Part shown: positions 17,421 through 26,659 of the stretch, piece after piece | Layout of the letters: every line of letters begins with the position of its first letter | Position numbering within the stretch: the first letter of the stretch is position 1 | Virus record (IMG/VR): IMGVR_UViG_3300034104_005687 | Coordinates: 1 to 64,000 of that record | Strand: one strand, 5' to 3' | DNA length: 64,000 bases | Notes under the pieces: model-generated | Seen by the model: only the letters and a program-made list of their open reading frames with translations | What the model was told of the DNA's origin: nothing | Database searches by the model: none | Translations under genes and position numbers: made by a program

Positions 17421-18432
17421 TTCCTACACATCATGGCAACCACTAGAAGAAGTCATTGTGGGCCGTGCCTACACACCAGACTATTTTGACTTCATTGACA
17501 ATCCACAGGTGCGCAATCAGTTGCAGCAAATCCTAGCTGAGACAGAAGAAGATCTTGACAATCTTTGCCGCACCATCGAACGGTACGGTGCCACTGTACA
17601 TCGACCAGACTTGCCTGGCAAGGACAACTTTGTTTGGCATCAAACCGAAGGAGGAGGTGCTCCGCTGCCGCCATTGACACCTCGCGATTGGCAGATTACG
17701 CTGGGCAACAAATTGTTACGTGTGCTCAACATGGAAGAGCTAGACACAATTTGCAGTAGGTACGGCGATCAAGTGGTCAACCCTCACACCAGTCGGTGGG
17801 ATTCGGATTGCATTCTCAATGGTGCCAGTGCTAGTTGCATTGTACGTGTGGGTCGAGATGTGTTCTTTGACAACTCAGACTTCCTACGACCCGATCAAAC
17901 TCGTTGGATTGTGGACAATGTGTTGGGTCCCGAATATCGCATACACGAAGCAGTCACAGACGGACACGGTGATGCTGTCTTTGCCATTCTTAAACCTGGT
18001 GTAATTCTCAGCAGCAAACACGACGTGAATCTAGATCTTGGCAGAGATTTCCCAGGATGGGATGTGTGCAAGATTTGGGACAGTTCAATCTGGGCAGCAA
18101 TGGAAGTGGGCAAGTTCAAATACGAGCAAAGCCCTGGTGCATGGTATGTACAAGGTCAAACTCCTACACTAGAGTTTACCAAGTTTGTGGACACTTACTT
18201 GAACAAGTGGACTGGCTTTGTGGCCGAAACAGTGTTTGATGTCAACTGTCTTGTGCTAGATGAACAAAATGTGATCTTCAGTGCCTACAACAAAGAAGTG
18301 TTTGACTACTGTAAAAAGCATCGTATCAATCCCATTATCTCAGAATTGCGACACAGCTACTTCTGGGACGGCGGCATCAGTTGCTGTACACAGGATATTC
18401 GACGACGTGGTGGGCTTGAAAATTACTTATAA
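17404..18432 (+). CDS. Amidinotransferase (glycine / inosamine-phosphate amidinotransferase family, pentein fold)
   Basis: VNSYTSWQPLEEVIVG, TPRD; apparent triad Asp (NSDF), His (HGDAV), Cys (DGGISCCT); FDVNCLV. Confidence 0.85.
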   Translation: MNNTVNSYTSWQPLEEVIVGRAYTPDYFDFIDNPQVRNQLQQILAETEEDLDNLCRTIERYGATVHRPDLPGKDNFVWHQTEGGGAPLPPLTPRDWQITLGNKLLRVLNMEELDTICSRYGDQVVNPHTSRWDSDCILNGASASCIVRVGRDVFFDNSDFLRPDQTRWIVDNVLGPEYRIHEAVTDGHGDAVFAILKPGVILSSKHDVNLDLGRDFPGWDVCKIWDSSIWAAMEVGKFKYEQSPGAWYVQGQTPTLEFTKFVDTYLNKWTGFVAETVFDVNCLVLDEQNVIFSAYNKEVFDYCKKHRINPIISELRHSYFWDGGISCCTQDIRRRGGLENYL

Positions 18433-19002
18433 CTTGGTATATTCGCCCAAGGTAATGTAACAACAAATTCGTTGCACTGATTCAGGAACCTCACGTTCCA
18501 TATCGTGCCATAATAATTTTTTAACACCGCCACATGTGTGAGAATTAAACATCAGGTATCCGGTGTTTGTAACACTGGGGAATCGATGCACAACATCACT
18601 GTCTGAATTGGTGTTGAAAAATGTTGTACCTATCGTGGTATCATTGTTGGGCAAAAGGTATATTTGCATAGCCGATGGCAGTGTACCATCACAGTGCATA
18701 CCAGGTCTAAAGCCGGGTTCGTCTATCCACCAGCTCAGACTCCAGTACTTTTCATCTACAAACCTTACTCCACATGCTTGTTCAATTTGTGGACGTAGAG
18801 TTTTGCGTGCATAATCTTCCACATCGAAGAAAAACGGTAGGTCAGGTCCGCAAAACATCTTGCGCTTGCTTCTTCCTATCTCCAATCGTTGATATGACAT
18901 TGTGTTCCAGGAACATGATATTATCTGTGACAAAATATTGCTAGGAAATACCTCTGCAACAGAGTACAAATAGCCACAAGAATCAACTGATTGAATCAAC
19001 AT
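18427..19002 (-). CDS. 2OG-Fe(II) oxygenase-like protein
   Basis: HCD (HxD), MQIYL, GTTF, GYLMFN, distal WH and R. Likely start at the TAATG overlap (19002; ORF track 19011). Confidence 0.65.
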   Translation of the reverse strand: MLIQSVDSCGYLYSVAEVFPSNILSQIISCSWNTMSYQRLEIGRSKRKMFCGPDLPFFFDVEDYARKTLRPQIEQACGVRFVDEKYWSLSWWIDEPGFRPGMHCDGTLPSAMQIYLLPNNDTTIGTTFFNTNSDSDVVHRFPSVTNTGYLMFNSHTCGGVKKLLWHDMEREVPESVQRICCYITLGEYTKL

Positions 19003-20489
19003 TAGCTGCAAACCTTTACACCATACAACGTTTCAAATCTGTCTGCGTCTTTGCGATCGTTGACCATAGGTTCCCCACGTATGTTAAGGCTAGTGTTTAA
19101 CAACATCGGACACCCAGTCATTACATACCACTTTTCCAGTAGCTGTCTTATACCGGATCCGTCATTGGGTACAGTCTGTACACGACTAGTGCCGTCAGCA
19201 TGAATGATAGCAGGAAATAGGTCAGGATGCCTGCAACGAGCGATGACTTGCATATACCTACTGTTACCGAAGCCACGAGGCATATCAAAGTACATATCAG
19301 CCAGTTCCTCCAAAATAACCGGCGCAAAGGGTCTAAATTGTTGTCTACGTTTGATTCCATTTACTTGATTCTTTATATCAGGGCCGCGAGGATCGGCCAA
19401 CAAACTACGATTTCCTAGTGCTCGTGGACCAAACTCAGCACGGCCGCTGGCAACACCAACGATGCGAGAGGACACAAGCTCGTCTAGAATCTCATTCACA
19501 GGGTAGGCACCGCCAATATTGTGACCCAGAAAAGCATTGTGCCAATTGATCCTACCGCCATGAGCCAATGCGGCAGCACCCAGACTGCTGCCGGCATCAC
19601 CGGGACAAGGCATAATCCAAATGTTGTCAAATAGTTCACCTAGCCTCCTGTTGGCACTACAGTTTAGCGCAACTCCACCTGCGTACACAAGATTGCGACT
19701 CCACCCAAATCCTTTGGCACGAGCCATCACATTCATGATTAGGTCCTCCACAAGATCCTGGGCACCTGCTGCAATATCTACATCGCCTATGTGACTGAGA
19801 TATTTGTGAGTTAGTCCTGTGTGCAAGTTATCACGAAAACGAACTTTCCAGGCATCCTCCACAAGATCCTGCTTCATAAGTTCACCAAAGCCACGTTCGC
19901 CATAAGCGGCCATGCCCATTAGTATGTATTCTTCGTCTAGTGGGCGTAGGCCAACGCGGCCAGTAGCTGCAGAGTAGAAGAGTCCAATTGAATGCGGGTA
20001 CCGTTGACTCCAAAGTTTGCGATAAGTTGCTTGATTGTTTCGATCATATTCAGCTGCCCATATTGTTACAGTATCAAATTCACCAATAGCATCTATTACA
20101 ACTACAGTGGCACGATCAAACGGGCTGGTTTGAAAACCTCCGGCTGCATGGCTTTGATGATGATTGTGCGTGCTGATGTGTGCCGGCAGTTGAATTTTGT
20201 GGTCAAGTTGATCATTGATGATTTGCCGAGCACTCAATTTGTTCCATTCTATGCCCTGGCCTGAATACAGTTGTCTCAATTGTTTTAGCCACGGTCGTTC
20301 ATAGTATGCAACATGATCAATGGCACCGCCATGTGCTATTGCGTCTTGAATCAATTCAAGACACAGATTTTCGTCATTTTTTTTCTTGCTGTAGCGTTCA
20401 CTGTGGCCAGCAAAAAGAATATCGCCCTGCGGAGATATTACTGTGGCTGCTGCATCATGAAAGCCGGCTGCTATTCCCAGTATGTTCAT
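19002..20489 (-). CDS. O-carbamoyltransferase (NodU/CmcH/TobZ family)
   Basis: HHQSHAA, VIDAIGE, GGVALNC, GDAGSSLGAA, EFGPRALGNRS, FRPFAP, DGTSRVQTV, LNTSLN. Confidence 0.93.
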   Translation of the reverse strand: MNILGIAAGFHDAAATVISPQGDILFAGHSERYSKKKNDENLCLELIQDAIAHGGAIDHVAYYERPWLKQLRQLYSGQGIEWNKLSARQIINDQLDHKIQLPAHISTHNHHQSHAAGGFQTSPFDRATVVVIDAIGEFDTVTIWAAEYDRNNQATYRKLWSQRYPHSIGLFYSAATGRVGLRPLDEEYILMGMAAYGERGFGELMKQDLVEDAWKVRFRDNLHTGLTHKYLSHIGDVDIAAGAQDLVEDLIMNVMARAKGFGWSRNLVYAGGVALNCSANRRLGELFDNIWIMPCPGDAGSSLGAAALAHGGRINWHNAFLGHNIGGAYPVNEILDELVSSRIVGVASGRAEFGPRALGNRSLLADPRGPDIKNQVNGIKRRQQFRPFAPVILEELADMYFDMPRGFGNSRYMQVIARCRHPDLFPAIIHADGTSRVQTVPNDGSGIRQLLEKWYVMTGCPMLLNTSLNIRGEPMVNDRKDADRFETLYGVKVCS

Positions 20490-20587
20490 TTGTAGATAAA
20501 TGGATCTCGTTTGCGGAGCTCTTTGAGCTTTTTACGATAACGAATTTCCAGGGTGATTCGTGCCCATAATCTCTTGATCCAGTTCAT
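20486..20587 (-). CDS. 33-aa basic peptide MNWIKRLWARITLEIRYRKKLKELRKRDPFIYK
   Basis: Translated by hand; ATGA overlaps at both ends fill the gap exactly. Confidence 0.7.
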   Translation of the reverse strand: MNWIKRLWARITLEIRYRKKLKELRKRDPFIYK

Positions 20588-21627
20588 TTCAATTCCTTTA
20601 TTTGCTGTTCAGCATAGTCTGGATCGCTCCAGTTGTATGTGTATGTAGCTGAAATATTGCCAATTTGAATTTTATACACATCCAGGTGTTGAGCCAGCTG
20701 TGCCCAAATTTGTTCATAGTCTGTGGTACCAAAACTCTTGATCAAATTGACCTGAGCCACTTTGGGATGCCCTATGGTCAAACTTTTGTCTTCGGGGTCA
20801 AATCCGTTTTGTGTTAGCCAGGTTCTGAACTCTGCCAGTTGTTTTTGTTGCCAATAGTACGCACCCGGATCACGTGCCCATTCAATATCAAAGTCCCCAG
20901 CGGCTTGTGTTTGTGCTCGCAGTGAAGTTGTGGTCAACTCGCTGAGCCGCGAATCTCGACCTTCGTCGTTGAACACTTCCCAATGTGCTTTGCCCACAGC
21001 TTTGTTGACTCCCACATACACTCCGCCTAACTGTCGATTAATTGTTTCAATGCCAAACAGTTCGTAGTCTTCGGGCCCTAATTCAAATCGGGGTGCTCGC
21101 AGCCAACACATCAATTGACTGGGACGACGCCACTCAGGTGCTTGAATCACTTTACGCATGCTGAGCACCAGGCTTTCCAGTTCATGACACAAGAGATTTA
21201 GTTGTCGAATGTGCCAGCGAGTAACATCATCTGCTGCGGTATAGTACGGACTCATGGCTCCTGACACACCTTGTAGATCTTCAAAGTAGCGGTGCAACCA
21301 ATTCATGCGTTCATGATTGATGTCTAGGTCTGACTGTATCACTGATTCCACATTGTAATCAGGGCACACAATGTGATAGCCTAGGTTGGCTTGATTCACG
21401 GCTGTGATGCTGCGATTGATCTCTCCACAAATGTATTCAGCTGTGCGTTCGCTCTCAGTCCACCCCAGCCAACAGTAGTTCTTTTCCAAATGATATTGAT
21501 TCTGCACTAGATGCTGCAAGGCGGCGTGCCATTTACGTCCAAGACTGGTGTCAGGAACATCAATATACACTGGCAAAGTGCTGCCGGTGCGTGAGCTGCG
21601 TAATGTTATTGTGATTTGGTCAAGCAA
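20584..21627 (-). CDS. Hypothetical protein (LHRYFE / CHELE motifs)
   Basis: 347-aa ORF coupled to neighbours by overlaps. Confidence 0.8.
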   Translation of the reverse strand: MLDQITITLRSSRTGSTLPVYIDVPDTSLGRKWHAALQHLVQNQYHLEKNYCWLGWTESERTAEYICGEINRSITAVNQANLGYHIVCPDYNVESVIQSDLDINHERMNWLHRYFEDLQGVSGAMSPYYTAADDVTRWHIRQLNLLCHELESLVLSMRKVIQAPEWRRPSQLMCWLRAPRFELGPEDYELFGIETINRQLGGVYVGVNKAVGKAHWEVFNDEGRDSRLSELTTTSLRAQTQAAGDFDIEWARDPGAYYWQQKQLAEFRTWLTQNGFDPEDKSLTIGHPKVAQVNLIKSFGTTDYEQIWAQLAQHLDVYKIQIGNISATYTYNWSDPDYAEQQIKELK

Positions 21628-22912
21628 TTTGATCCCACCATTTCTTTATTTCAGGTCTCGCACTCAATATTGTGGCCATGTCTGTGGGCGCTGTGCGAAT
21701 ACTTTCTAATTTTAACACACGAGCCTTGCCTTGAGCAAGAGCAGACTGATAAGTGTCAGGCCATTGTTGTTCAAAAGTAGGTCTTGATTTTAACTGCGTT
21801 AGCACATCTCTCATGCTGGTTGCTGTGCATTTTGCAATCAATTCATCCAACCAAGGGTCCAGCAAATGTCGTGGCAAGGCCAAAGGACTCATCACAATGT
21901 CTGGAGAAAAGCTGAACATTACCTTGCTCAACAATTCTACATCATACTGCTGTGCCAATGCCTGTATGGCATCTACTTCAAACATACCTGGTAGAGTAAG
22001 TGTAAAGTCCAGTCTCATTTGTCTACGGTTTTGTTGATGTTGGCGTCCTGCTTCGAAGTTTCTGCAGAAAATATTGTAGTCGAGGCCTGTTCTAATGTAT
22101 TCACCAATTGCTCCAGTGCCGTCAATGCTTGCGCAAATTTGCCAATCTTGTATATGATCCAAAATATCGCTGTAAAGATTGCACCCGCGATAATCAATTC
22201 TGCTAAGGTTAGTGTTGTATCTAGCGTAAACATTTTTTCCATCCCCTAGTTCCACAATTCTTTTCATGTAGCGCCAATGCTGTTCATACATTAGAGGTTC
22301 GCCGCCAACCCAGTATATTTCTTCTACTCGGTGTTGCTCTACAGCATCACTGAATTCTTGTTCAATCTGCTGATCTTGAAACTGCGAGATTTGTTGTCGT
22401 ACACTGGGAGTCATCCAGTTGTTTTTAGAATTTGCCCAATCAACCATGTTGTGAGTTTTTTGTTCTGTTTCCCAGGATGACGACAACATGTCTCCGCAAG
22501 TTCTACACTTAAAGTTACATAGGTTACTGAACCTATAATCCCAGCTAACAGGTTGCATTGTGGTGGCTCCACTGGCATCAGTTGTGGCATATACTTCTGA
22601 TATTTTGTGCCCAAACAGATGACCAAAGTAGTCTCTGTACACGCTGGTGTTTAACAATTTTGAATTACAAACATCGCACTCGGGTAATGTTTCGCCGGCC
22701 ATCATTCGTCGACGTACACTCCGCATGTGTTCGCTGTTCCAGTGTTGCTCCAGTGTGGCAGGAATATACTGACCTGTGCCTGAACTAGTATCTATATATT
22801 GTTCAAAGTTCTGTGCAGGTTCACGACTAGCGCAACACAATCGTCGTTCAGTTTGCGGGCTAAGATATGTGTGAGTCCAAGGTGCAAGACAAAGAGTATC
22901 AGGTTTTTTCAT
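21620..22912 (-). CDS. Radical SAM protein with N-terminal Twitch/SPASM-like Cys motifs (rSAM 1)
   Basis: CLAPW...RLCC...CDVC, then NLCNFKCRTC (CxxxCxxC) and VGGEP. Confidence 0.92.
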   Translation of the reverse strand: MKKPDTLCLAPWTHTYLSPQTERRLCCASREPAQNFEQYIDTSSGTGQYIPATLEQHWNSEHMRSVRRRMMAGETLPECDVCNSKLLNTSVYRDYFGHLFGHKISEVYATTDASGATTMQPVSWDYRFSNLCNFKCRTCGDMLSSSWETEQKTHNMVDWANSKNNWMTPSVRQQISQFQDQQIEQEFSDAVEQHRVEEIYWVGGEPLMYEQHWRYMKRIVELGDGKNVYARYNTNLSRIDYRGCNLYSDILDHIQDWQICASIDGTGAIGEYIRTGLDYNIFCRNFEAGRQHQQNRRQMRLDFTLTLPGMFEVDAIQALAQQYDVELLSKVMFSFSPDIVMSPLALPRHLLDPWLDELIAKCTATSMRDVLTQLKSRPTFEQQWPDTYQSALAQGKARVLKLESIRTAPTDMATILSARPEIKKWWDQIA

Positions 22913-23864
22913 AAATTTGTTGGCATATCCAAGTATATAACTGTTCTAACCCGTGTTCTAAATTATCTGGTGGCTCCCACCCTAACACTTGTTGCACCAA
23001 AGTATTATCACTGGTACGGCCCATAACTCCAAGAGGACCGTCGATGTTGCGTATGCTCACAGACTTGTTGGCCAACTTGCTAATCAAAAATACCAGCTGG
23101 TTAATAGTGATCATTCGTTGACTACCAATGTTGATAGGTTGTGTGTAATTGCTGTCCATTAATCGATGAATACCTTCTATACACTCGTCAATGTAAAGAA
23201 AACTGCGTGTTTGTGTACCTGGACCCCAAACGTCAACAATGCCTTGATCTTCGCATTGTAGAACTTTGCGACACAGCGCAGCAGGGGATTTTTCTCTACC
23301 CCCGGTCCAAGCGGATTCAGCACCAAATACATTGTGCAGCCTGGCAATTCGAACATCGATACTGTGGTTACGAGCAAAGGTTGCATACAAACGTTCACTG
23401 AACAATTTTTCCCAGCCGTATTCAGAATCAGGTTCTGCCGGATATGCGCTGGCCTCGCTCATTACAGGATTGTCAGGATCTTGTTGATTGTAAGCAGGAT
23501 AAATGCATGCACTGGAACTGTAAAATATTTTTTTAATCTTCTTAAACACCATTTCGTGCAAGATATTCAAATTAATAATTGCCGAGTTGTGCATGATCTC
23601 AGCGTCATTGTTGCCAGTAAAGATATATCCTGCGCCGCCCATGTCTGCTGCCAACTGATATATTTCATCTATGTCCCGTGTAATCAATCTTGTGACTTGG
23701 CGTTGGTTGCGAAGATCCACAATATGGAATTCATTGGCATCAGTTTGACTAAACTCTGGACGATGTAGGTCAGCGCCTACAACATAGTGTCCTTGTGCTC
23801 TCAAACTCCGAACCAAGTGTGCACCAATAAATCCGCCTGCACCACAGACCAATACTTTTTTCAT
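22899..23864 (-). CDS. GDP-mannose 3,5-epimerase-like NAD-dependent epimerase
   Basis: GAGGFIG, QLAADMGGAGYI, FYSSSACIYP, YPAEPDSEYGWEKL, WTGGREKSPAALCRK; these are GME-family motifs. Confidence 0.85.
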   Translation of the reverse strand: MKKVLVCGAGGFIGAHLVRSLRAQGHYVVGADLHRPEFSQTDANEFHIVDLRNQRQVTRLITRDIDEIYQLAADMGGAGYIFTGNNDAEIMHNSAIINLNILHEMVFKKIKKIFYSSSACIYPAYNQQDPDNPVMSEASAYPAEPDSEYGWEKLFSERLYATFARNHSIDVRIARLHNVFGAESAWTGGREKSPAALCRKVLQCEDQGIVDVWGPGTQTRSFLYIDECIEGIHRLMDSNYTQPINIGSQRMITINQLVFLISKLANKSVSIRNIDGPLGVMGRTSDNTLVQQVLGWEPPDNLEHGLEQLYTWICQQIYEKT

Positions 23865-24466
23865 TCAGTTGCTTTCGTATAATATTCAGCCACATGTTTG
23901 TGTACATCGCTATCAACTATGTGGTAATAAGGGCGATAGCTTCTAGTTCTAGCATAATCCCAAAGATTTATTTTGCTACGATACTGGTCAAACTGTTCAA
24001 AGTATATATTTGTACTACCAAAACTAGAATGTTCAAAGCCGCCTTGGTCGAATAAAAATGGAATACTGCTCTGTACTAACTTATGAAGAGTATTCTCGAT
24101 TATGCACTTGTTCTCATACACAGCTAACTCGAGATCAAAAAATTCTGTGTAGTATTGTTTGAGAATTTTCAATTGAGTTGAATCAAAAGGTGTGGTTGTT
24201 TGATTGGCTGTGTGATAACTAAAAGGTACTACTGCACCGTTGTGTCTTGTTTGACTGCGTGTGCATGCAGTGCCCTGAACTATTATATAATCTGCAGATT
24301 CTGCAATGGCCTGATCAACTTGCATGGATATCATTAAATTTGTTGCAGACACACAGGCCAAGTTTGTCACTGAGTGCTGCTGAGCCAAATAATCTACCCA
24401 GCACGGACCGTATTCAGGATCACTGACACAGAAACTATCGCCGCAAATGTAAACTCTTTTTTTCAT
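23861..24466 (-). CDS. SGNH/GDSL-like hydrolase or acyltransferase
   Basis: Block I ICGDSF near the N-terminus, VTNLA, and a C-terminal His (YHIVDSDVH). Confidence 0.45.
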   Translation of the reverse strand: MKKRVYICGDSFCVSDPEYGPCWVDYLAQQHSVTNLACVSATNLMISMQVDQAIAESADYIIVQGTACTRSQTRHNGAVVPFSYHTANQTTTPFDSTQLKILKQYYTEFFDLELAVYENKCIIENTLHKLVQSSIPFLFDQGGFEHSSFGSTNIYFEQFDQYRSKINLWDYARTRSYRPYYHIVDSDVHKHVAEYYTKATE

Positions 24467-25467
24467 CCTAGAAACTTTTGCAAATCTCCAATGATTTCTT
24501 TTTCAAAGCGTTGTAAAACTTGATCGCGATCAAAGAATCTAGCATGATTATGCTGTAATTTTTGTTCAGTGTACGAATCAATACCAATATTGCCACTGCG
24601 GAACCTGGCAACATTATCTAGTATCAACTCAGTTACAACATTGTGTCTGCCTTGGTCTGATTCAACTAAGTCGTAGCTTTCGTCCCAAAGATTGTCAAAG
24701 GTCTCAAATCCTTCTCTGCGCAAGTATTCAAGTGTGCCAAGACTGCCGTATACAACCATAGGATGATAAAACATGCCTGGCTTAAAAAGTTTTTCACTGA
24801 CCTCTGTGCGGTAGTTGGGAACCGTTGGACAGGCAATCCAGGGGTCTGACCTCATGTAGCTTTCTACAACCACGCTGAAAAATGTAGAGTTGTACCACAT
24901 GGGGTTGATATAAAATTCCCAAAAAATACTATTGTCGATAGTATGATCTTTGTCACCGGGCACAAATATGTCTTTTTCAACATAGCTCCACAGGGCCTGA
25001 TCCAATACTGGTCGCAGTTTTTCCTGTGCTTGATCTCTGTGCCAGCGTGTTTTGTGCATAGGCATAAAAAATGCATGCGTATAGTTTCGCTGCGGAACAT
25101 AGTTATGATAGCCTTGCTCCATAAAACGTATGCACTCTCGATACCAAACCCAGTTACCGTTTCGCAAAATCAGTCTACCGTTTTTTACAGTGCTAGGTGT
25201 GTCAACATCGCTGTCCCATAAATGATCTACTACTACACGAAAGCCTGCTTGTTCAAACGGTGTAAACCATCCTGTTGAGTTGCGTGTTTCAACTTCTTCA
25301 ACATGTGTGATCAATATCACTGTGTCACATGGATTGTAGGTCTTGGCAGCATCATAAACTTCTATGTTGTACCATGGCTCTACAATACGCTGAATATCCC
25401 CGCTTATAAAACAAGGATGGTTGCCTTGTTGATAAATGAAACGAATTTTACTCATACCGGTAATCAA
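24463..25467 (-). CDS. Putative GT10-like glycosyltransferase, TEK-x-FKP family (paralog 4)
   Basis: FSVVVESY...EVSEKLFKPGMFYHPM...GFETFDNLWDESYD. Confidence 0.55.
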   Translation of the reverse strand: MITGMSKIRFIYQQGNHPCFISGDIQRIVEPWYNIEVYDAAKTYNPCDTVILITHVEEVETRNSTGWFTPFEQAGFRVVVDHLWDSDVDTPSTVKNGRLILRNGNWVWYRECIRFMEQGYHNYVPQRNYTHAFFMPMHKTRWHRDQAQEKLRPVLDQALWSYVEKDIFVPGDKDHTIDNSIFWEFYINPMWYNSTFFSVVVESYMRSDPWIACPTVPNYRTEVSEKLFKPGMFYHPMVVYGSLGTLEYLRREGFETFDNLWDESYDLVESDQGRHNVVTELILDNVARFRSGNIGIDSYTEQKLQHNHARFFDRDQVLQRFEKEIIGDLQKFLG

Positions 25468-26659
25468 TTATCTCAGCAAGTTCGGGTGCAACTGTGGCCA
25501 AGTTTTGTTGGCGCTTACGATCTAGGTCACGCACTTTCATACGCAACATGAATCCATCAGTTGATGCACCACGACGCATGAAGTCACAAATTCGATCAAA
25601 TTCGTCACGCCATTGAGACGGAATGCTGGCAGATTCTAAGTGCAATATGATGTCGTTCTTGGCTGATTCTGGCAGGGTTGCAATACTGAAATACCAGGCG
25701 TCATGCATCATGTTCCAGTACACAAAGTCAAATCCTTGACCAGCAATCCAATTAGCCAGCTGATCAATATATCGAACATTGAACACATTTACAGTACTGC
25801 AACACTGTAGTCGGATGTTGGGATAGTCTTTCCTTAGTAAACGGAAACGATCAATATTGAATACTACGTCTGACCATACAGCGTTTGAACGCTGATATTC
25901 AAATCTTGCGCCTAGGTCATCAATTGAAAATGCTATTTCCACAGTTTTAAAATGCTTCCAAATTTCAATAGCTTGCTCTGGATATTGTGTGCCATTGGTA
26001 TTGTAGTGTATTTCAACTTGATGCGCGATGCCACGATCCACAATACCTTGCAGCATGGCAAAATGTTGTTCAATCATGAATGGTTCGCCGCCAGTGAACT
26101 CAATATAACGAATGTCTGTTAAATGCTGGTCGATCTGATTCCAGAACTGCAGATTTTCTTTGGGCCAGGCGCCGGCACGCAACATTTGATATGCATAGGT
26201 ACTTTTCTTTTCTTCAGGAGGTGCATCGTTGATCTCTTCGGTAGCAAACTGACTTGAACTCCAAGATCCACATATGCGACATTTTAGGTTGCAGATATTG
26301 CCCAGCTTGAGATCCAGAAACATCAAAGGTTTGGCATCTTCGGTCCAGGTCTGATTGCCAATTATATGCTTGAGCCGATCCAGTGTGTGCATACGTTTGC
26401 TAGTACGGCCAGATCGTTCTTCGTTCCAGCACTTTCTACAAGTTTGCGGTTTTTCGCCTGCAAGAAATTGTTGTCGCAATTCACGCATGCCACCACTGTT
26501 CTGAATATTGCCAAAGTCTGCTGTAAGCAAATTGAACTTTTTGCCAGCATCATCCACAAGTTCGTCGTCGGCTAGACAACAAGGTCTCACAGTACCAACA
26601 GGGCTGGCTTCTAGACTAATCCAGGGCAGCACACAGAATGTAGGGTGTGGTATGTTCAT
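25448..26659 (-). CDS. Radical SAM protein with N-terminal Twitch/SPASM-like motifs (rSAM 2)
   Basis: CVLPW...RPCC...CRKC; NICNLKCRIC; FTGGEP. Confidence 0.92.
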   Translation of the reverse strand: MNIPHPTFCVLPWISLEASPVGTVRPCCLADDELVDDAGKKFNLLTADFGNIQNSGGMRELRQQFLAGEKPQTCRKCWNEERSGRTSKRMHTLDRLKHIIGNQTWTEDAKPLMFLDLKLGNICNLKCRICGSWSSSQFATEEINDAPPEEKKSTYAYQMLRAGAWPKENLQFWNQIDQHLTDIRYIEFTGGEPFMIEQHFAMLQGIVDRGIAHQVEIHYNTNGTQYPEQAIEIWKHFKTVEIAFSIDDLGARFEYQRSNAVWSDVVFNIDRFRLLRKDYPNIRLQCCSTVNVFNVRYIDQLANWIAGQGFDFVYWNMMHDAWYFSIATLPESAKNDIILHLESASIPSQWRDEFDRICDFMRRGASTDGFMLRMKVRDLDRKRQQNLATVAPELAEIIDYRYE

